From Candidatus Kuenenia stuttgartensis (GTDB lineage Bacteria; Planctomycetota; Brocadiia; Brocadiales; Brocadiaceae), in assembly GCF_900232105.1 (NCBI RefSeq), contig NZ_LT934425.1, forward strand, positions 1,050,001 to 1,082,000: DNA of 32,000 bases, written 5' to 3'. The notes beneath the pieces are model-generated. The model was not told the DNA's origin, did not search any database, and saw only the letters and a program-made list of their open reading frames with translations. The position numbers and the translations under genes were made by a program. Positions 31,010 to 32,000 of the stretch are shown here, piece by piece; the first letter of the stretch is position 1; every line of letters begins with the position of its first letter.

Positions 31010-31399
31010 TTATTCCGTTTCTGGTTTCGGCGGTATGGTGCTGACCCAAATATTTACAACAAAGAAGCCTATGGCAATGACTTCGATACCGGCAAAAATT
31101 TCTACCAGGGGATGAAGCGGGCGAAAGCAGACTAAACCTACAAGCCCGATATTTGCAAGATAGAATTGAAGTGTGCCTATTTTAGGATAGGCGAGAGGCC
31201 TGCCGGTAAATCTGGGCAGTATATGATATCCAACACCAAAGATCATCATGGACATCCATCCCAAAAGGTTTAAATGTACATGAGAAAACAATAATTGAGC
31301 GGGATAGCTTTTCATGGATATCATAACGGTACCAAGTATTGCCGCTATAAAAAAATAAACCAGGCTTGCCCGAAGAAAATTTTTCGAAAGAGGACTCAT
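31010..31399 (-). CDS. Small 4-TM membrane protein with heme-copper-oxidase subunit-I-like HxH...GW...G..Y..PR motif
   Basis: 129 aa with about four hydrophobic helices. FSHVHLNLLGWMSMMIFGVGYHILPRFTG resembles the HVHxGALGW...G..Y.L.PR helix pair of cbb3 CcoN (from memory). It has a strong SD (AAGGAG, 10-11 nt upstream) and stops 25 nt before the fusion gene. Confidence 0.7.
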   Translation of the reverse strand: MSPLSKNFLRASLVYFFIAAILGTVMISMKSYPAQLLFSHVHLNLLGWMSMMIFGVGYHILPRFTGRPLAYPKIGTLQFYLANIGLVGLVCFRPLHPLVEIFAGIEVIAIGFFVVNIWVSTIPPKPETE

Positions 31400-31480
31400 T
31401 TATCAAAAGCTCCTTTTTAAGAAAGTTGTTGATTTAAAAGAACTTAAATCAAATTTATAAAGAACCTAACAAAAAGGGTA

Positions 31481-31508
31481 AGAATATATAAAAAATATGG
31501 ATTGTCAA
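31481..31508 (-). promoter_or_regulatory. Candidate sigma70-type promoter for the 31399-27711 operon
   Basis: On the minus strand, TTGACA (31508-31503) is followed by 16 nt and then TATTCT (31486-31481), about 80 nt upstream of the ATG at 31399. This is a motif match only. Confidence 0.3.
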
Positions 31509-31624
31509 ACAAAAAATTATTGTTACATAGTAATACTTAAGATTACAAGCGTGACCCAAAAGTATGTTCAAAAGGTCAATTGCCCTGTCGAATCGTGTTA
31601 TAAAATATCGTGTATGGTGCGTGA

Positions 31625-32000
31625 TCAATTCGGGGGGATTTCTTCTTTTTTCTGAGTAACTTCTTTTTCCGGAGTCGCTTCTTTTTTCTTTTGCGTTTTT
31701 AGTTCCTCAATTTTTTCCGCATAGGAGCGTACTTTATTCGCTACGCTTTCAGGAATAATTGTAACCAATCTTTGCATACCTTTTCCTATGGGGGCTGCTA
31801 TTTTTGAGGTATTCACCCTATCGCGTGTTGATTCACTGCAGAATAATAAAACGCCAAAGATAATTACTCCGCAAAAGAGAACCCCTTTAAAAATCCCCAA
31901 AAAACCACCGAAAAACCTCGACCCAACAGATATGCCGCTTTTATTGATAACGATTTTTAACAGATTTGTAATAAAACACGTTACGGCTAAGATTACTCCG
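31625..32000 (-). CDS. cvpA: CvpA-family (colicin V production) membrane protein, 5'-truncated by window edge
   Basis: The frame is open to the window end (…GVILAVTCFITNLLKIVINKSGISVGSRFFGGFLGIFKGVLFCGVIIFGVLLF), which matches the CvpA C-terminal pattern (l..ll.k..l...drllGa.fG..rG.l...v). It ends in a K/E-rich tail. The track start is an internal TTG. Confidence 0.7.
   Translation of the reverse strand, partial: GVILAVTCFITNLLKIVINKSGISVGSRFFGGFLGIFKGVLFCGVIIFGVLLFCSESTRDRVNTSKIAAPIGKGMQRLVTIIPESVANKVRSYAEKIEELKTQKKKEATPEKEVTQKKEEIPPN

Noticed and set aside
31182-31406. A 74-aa minus-strand ORF overlapping the mini membrane protein gene in another frame.
   Set aside because: The 129-aa frame has coherent TM helices, a conserved-looking motif and a strong Shine-Dalgarno sequence. 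The alternative frame has none of these.

Overview
This window looks like chromosomal DNA from an anammox planctomycete. The 16S gene on the minus strand carries, verbatim on the plus strand, the sequences I remember for probes Pla46, Amx368, Amx820 and Kst157. It also has a roughly 20-nt helix-9 insertion. Together these point to Candidatus Kuenenia stuttgartiensis or a close relative, but this rests on memory, not a database search.

The centre of the window is a complete minus-strand rRNA operon: 16S, tRNA-Ile(GAT), tRNA-Ala(TGC), 23S, 5S and a terminator hairpin. Directly downstream on the same strand are fur-family, rpmB, gatC, gatA, gatB and a solitary MshEN-like mini-gene.

The left third holds housekeeping genes (an MBL hydrolase, a CNNM/CBS membrane protein, thrC, mtnA plus a PNP_UDP-family enzyme). 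It also holds an orphan GlmL/MutL-like ATPase next to an unrecognised 374-aa protein.

The right third contains:
- a large AddB-like helicase-nuclease subunit with no AddA neighbour
- a gene graveyard: a GAF-GGDEF relic split by a MITE and a nested palindromic element, plus a TonB-receptor stump
- an operon encoding a mini membrane protein with a heme-copper-oxidase-like motif, an activase::dehydratase fusion and a second dehydratase-like subunit
- a partial CvpA gene at the window edge

The dehydratase operon is my top candidate for an uncharacterised system.

Many intergenic gaps (0-11.2 kb and 25.9-27.7 kb) are filled with at least three families of short palindromic mosaic repeats. I saw no CRISPR array, prophage or recognisable defence system. 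All coordinates for RNA ends and repeats were counted by hand and may be off by a few nucleotides.
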